A stretch of 64,000 nt of DNA. Source: Gracilimonas sp. GTDB lineage: Bacteria > Bacteroidota > Rhodothermia > Balneolales > Balneolaceae. The position numbers and the translations under genes were made by a program. Numbering within the stretch: the first letter of the stretch is position 1; every line of letters begins with the position of its first letter. Below, piece after piece: positions 61,165-64,000 of this stretch. The stretch is from NCBI RefSeq assembly GCF_035704785.1, contig NZ_DASSWP010000030.1, positions 17,112 to 81,111 of the forward strand, in the 5' to 3' direction. A model generated the notes under the pieces. The model ran no database searches and was not told the DNA's origin. It was given only the letters and a program-made list of their open reading frames with translations.

Positions 61165-62094
61165 CTAATAATTAATCCAATCGATGGGTTTCAAATGCTC
61201 GACCAATTCGGCTTCGGGACTTCCCGGTTCCGGTTTGTGATCATATTCCCATCGAACTTGTGGGGGCAGACTCATCAGGATCGATTCGATTCTGCCTTTG
61301 GTCTTCAGCCCAAACAAGGTACCGCGATCGTGGATCAAATTAAATTCTACGTATCGGCCGCGGCGGATCTCCTGCCACTTGCGGTGCTCTTCATTGAAAT
61401 CCACATTTTTTCTTTTTTTCAAAATCGGGATGTAAGCATCGGTGAAGGCAAATCCACATGCTTTTGAAAACTCAAACAGATCTTCGGCTGAACGGTTTTC
61501 ATCCGGTCGCTGATAATCAAAAAATAACCCTCCTATACCGCGCGCTTCTTCCCGGTGATGGTTATAGAAATAAGCATCACACTCCGCTTTATAAGTGGAA
61601 TAATATTCCGGATCGAATCGGTCGCATACTTCTTTATGTACTTTATGAAAGTGCTTGGCGTCTTCAGGGAAAAGATAATAGGGCGTCATATCAGCTCCAC
61701 CGCCAAACCATTGATCTCGCAGTTCACCGGTTTCCTTATCATATAATTCAAAATATCGGTAGTTGGCATGAACCGTAGGCGCAAAAGGGTTTCGGGGATG
61801 GATCACCAGGGAGACGCCCGTGGCAAAAAACTCAGATTCAGGCACTTCAAACTTCTGTTGCAAAGCCACCGGAAGTGGACCGCCAACCGTGGAGACATTC
61901 ACTCCGCCCTTTTCGATCACCTCCCCATCTGCGATAATGCGCGTGCTGCCACCGCCAAAGCCATCCCGTTCCCAATCCTCGATCAAGAATTTTTGGGTAC
62001 CTTCAACGGCTTCCAGTTCGTCGCAGATGTGTTGTTGGACGTCTGAGACGAATTGGGTGAATTGGGGTTTTAGGGAGGTTAATTTGTTTGCCAT
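61165..62094 (-). CDS. hemF: Oxygen-dependent coproporphyrinogen III oxidase
   Basis: EKGGVNVS, VIHPRNPFAPTVHANYRYF, WFGGGADMTP, RRGRYVEFNL; likely start MANK at 62094. Confidence 0.96.
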   Translation of the reverse strand: MANKLTSLKPQFTQFVSDVQQHICDELEAVEGTQKFLIEDWERDGFGGGSTRIIADGEVIEKGGVNVSTVGGPLPVALQQKFEVPESEFFATGVSLVIHPRNPFAPTVHANYRYFELYDKETGELRDQWFGGGADMTPYYLFPEDAKHFHKVHKEVCDRFDPEYYSTYKAECDAYFYNHHREEARGIGGLFFDYQRPDENRSAEDLFEFSKACGFAFTDAYIPILKKRKNVDFNEEHRKWQEIRRGRYVEFNLIHDRGTLFGLKTKGRIESILMSLPPQVRWEYDHKPEPGSPEAELVEHLKPIDWINY

Positions 62095-62114
62095 AATAAT
62101 TAAATCATTAACCA

Positions 62115-62158
62115 TTACCCGTGTAGGGACGTACCATGGTACGTCCCTACACGGGTAA
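62115..62158. repeat. 44-bp perfect palindrome, GTAG-type REP
   Basis: TTACCCGTGTAGGGACGTACCA|TGGTACGTCCCTACACGGGTAA. Confidence 0.88.
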
Positions 62159-62165
62159 AATACAT

Positions 62166-63197
62166 TTAATAATTAAAATTCTTTACGGTATCCACAAACG
62201 TCTTTGCGTTTTCTACCGGGACGTTCGGTAAAATTCCATGACCTAAATTGGCGATGTAATTTCCTTTTCCGAAACGACGCATCATCTCCTTAGCCTCGGC
62301 TTCGATCTGCTCCGGTTTCATCAATAACTTGGAGGGATCGAAATTTCCCTGAACCACTTTATCTCCGGCAAACTGTCGGGCGTGTTCGGGTGTACATCCC
62401 CAGCCGATTCCAAACCCGGATACATTCGTTCCGGCAAACAAGGGGTAACTCCACTCTGCATCTTTGCAAAACATAATGAGCGGCACTTCATAGTCTTCTG
62501 AGGCAATTTTGTGAAGATGCGGCAAGGCGTATTTTTTAAAATCATCGGGACCAAGCGCCGCTGCCCACGATTCAAATACCTGTAATACCTGCGCCCCTGC
62601 CTTCACCTGATGGTGCAAATATTGTATTGTTTGGTCGGTCATTACCTCCAATAGCTTCTGAGCCGCTTCGGGCTGGGAGAACAAAAAGGACTTGGCGGTG
62701 GAAAAAGTTTTCGATCCCTGCCCTTCTACCAAATAGCAGAATAGCGTCCAGGGAGCACCGGCAAAGCCGATAAGGGGAACACGGCCATCCAGGGTTTTAC
62801 GTGTGAGGGTCAATGCATCGTAAACGTATTGCAATTGCTCTTCAGCCGGAATGATATTCAACTTTTCTACCTGTTCCACAGTCCGAATCGGGTCAGGTAA
62901 ATAGGGACCAAAACCCGGTTTAAGCTGCACTTCCACATCCAGGCATTCGATCAGCACCAGAATATCTGAGAATAAAATAGCTGCATCGGTTCCAACAATG
63001 TCGATGGGTTGAATGGTGATCTCGCAGGCCAGCTCAGGGGTTTTCACCCGCTCAAAAAAGCTGTACTTCTTTTTGATCTCCATGTATTCCGGAAGGTATC
63101 GGCCGGCCTGACGCATCATCCAGACGGGCGGGCGGGCGGTTTTTTTGCCTTCCAGCGTATCAAGCAGTAATCGGTTTTTAAGTTCGGGGAATGACAT
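62166..63197 (-). CDS. hemE: Uroporphyrinogen decarboxylase
   Basis: PVWMMRQAGRYLPEY, AILFSDIL, LIGFAGAPWT, NLGHGI. Confidence 0.97.
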   Translation of the reverse strand: MSFPELKNRLLLDTLEGKKTARPPVWMMRQAGRYLPEYMEIKKKYSFFERVKTPELACEITIQPIDIVGTDAAILFSDILVLIECLDVEVQLKPGFGPYLPDPIRTVEQVEKLNIIPAEEQLQYVYDALTLTRKTLDGRVPLIGFAGAPWTLFCYLVEGQGSKTFSTAKSFLFSQPEAAQKLLEVMTDQTIQYLHHQVKAGAQVLQVFESWAAALGPDDFKKYALPHLHKIASEDYEVPLIMFCKDAEWSYPLFAGTNVSGFGIGWGCTPEHARQFAGDKVVQGNFDPSKLLMKPEQIEAEAKEMMRRFGKGNYIANLGHGILPNVPVENAKTFVDTVKNFNY

Positions 63198-63246
63198 AAT
63201 GTATTGCTTAATTTTTTATTTGTGCGGAATCTGATTGGTATCCCGG

Positions 63247-63282
63247 GTCAGTAAGGGCGCATGGCCATGCGCCCTTACTGAC
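63247..63282. repeat. 36-bp perfect palindrome, REP variant
   Basis: GTCAGTAAGGGCGCATGG|CCATGCGCCCTTACTGAC; related to the 62115-62158 element. Confidence 0.88.
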
Positions 63283-63309
63283 AAACATTTGATGAAATCA
63301 CACCAAATC

Positions 63310-63999
63310 TTAAAAATAAAACTCATGGATGGATTCCATCAGCGAATCCACGGTTGAATATTCCGGGATGATACAGTTCTGCATTCCGGCATCTTCAGCC
63401 GCTTCTTTGGTAGTCGGACCAATACAAAAAACCTGCATGTTTTTAGAAACTGAATTCTGCTTACTGAACGAATCGACCGCACTCGGGCTCATAAAAACAA
63501 TACCGTCAAAATTCTCCAGATCGTTCATTTTATGCCGCGTAAGTTTGGTTTGATATACTTCGATAGAGGTTAAATTCACCTCCTTACCGAGCAATTTCCC
63601 AAGATCCGCAGCCTTTAAATTTCCACAAAAATGGACGATCCGGTCCAGCTTCAGTTCCTGTATCATCTCCGCAAGTGCCCTCGCATTGTACTCTTCAGGC
63701 ACGGAAACATTCAGCTCTAGTTCTTCGAGCATTTCGGCCGTTTTGGAGCCAACTGCAAATACATGCTTAGGAATTCCCAGGTCACTGATCAGTGGTGAAA
63801 CGGCTTTGACTGCTTTCTTACTGGTGAATATCCAGGCATCCGTTTTTTCAGGAACCTGAGACCTCCAAAGTGCAGGCATCGAATACTCGATGGTGATAAA
63901 AGGTTCACTTTCGATCAAAAACCGACCATTCTCAAGTCGGCCTCTTTTCTCCTCAGAAAGTTGAGTAGTGAATACAATTTTAGGCTTTTTATCATTCAT
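63310..63999 (-). CDS. hemD: Uroporphyrinogen-III synthase (start at the window edge)
   Basis: WIFTSKKAV, FAVGSKTA, IVFMSPSAV, CIGPTT; upstream of hemE. Confidence 0.88.
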   Translation of the reverse strand: MNDKKPKIVFTTQLSEEKRGRLENGRFLIESEPFITIEYSMPALWRSQVPEKTDAWIFTSKKAVKAVSPLISDLGIPKHVFAVGSKTAEMLEELELNVSVPEEYNARALAEMIQELKLDRIVHFCGNLKAADLGKLLGKEVNLTSIEVYQTKLTRHKMNDLENFDGIVFMSPSAVDSFSKQNSVSKNMQVFCIGPTTKEAAEDAGMQNCIIPEYSTVDSLMESIHEFYF

Positions 64000-64000
64000 C

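Overview
A gene-dense, core-chromosome window from an aerobic Bacteroidota-related bacterium. The proteins most resemble Balneolaceae (Balneolota/Rhodothermota); this is recognition from memory, not a database search. Main blocks: (1) an alternative complex III (actABCDEFG)-SCO-caa3 oxidase (coxBACD) respiratory operon; (2) housekeeping and fatty-acid/amino-acid genes, lexA and rplU-rpmA; (3) a type IX secretion-linked envelope cluster (eroded porU remnant, porV, a protease-dead M6-like T9SS cargo, a gluzincin/PD40/beta-barrel protein, a DUF5683-like protein, a PASTA protein) followed by rpe and phoH; (4) the heme operon hemD-E-F-B-L, with a REP-like palindrome in every spacer. No rRNA, tRNA, CRISPR array, prophage or intact IS element was seen. 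The most unusual signals are an ActG-like respiratory subunit carrying an IS3-transposase-like helix-turn-helix, an ActE with a second cytochrome c domain resembling the one on CoxB, an unannotated and largely deleted porU pseudogene, two enzymes lacking catalytic residues, and an ACACA repeat array upstream of lexA.
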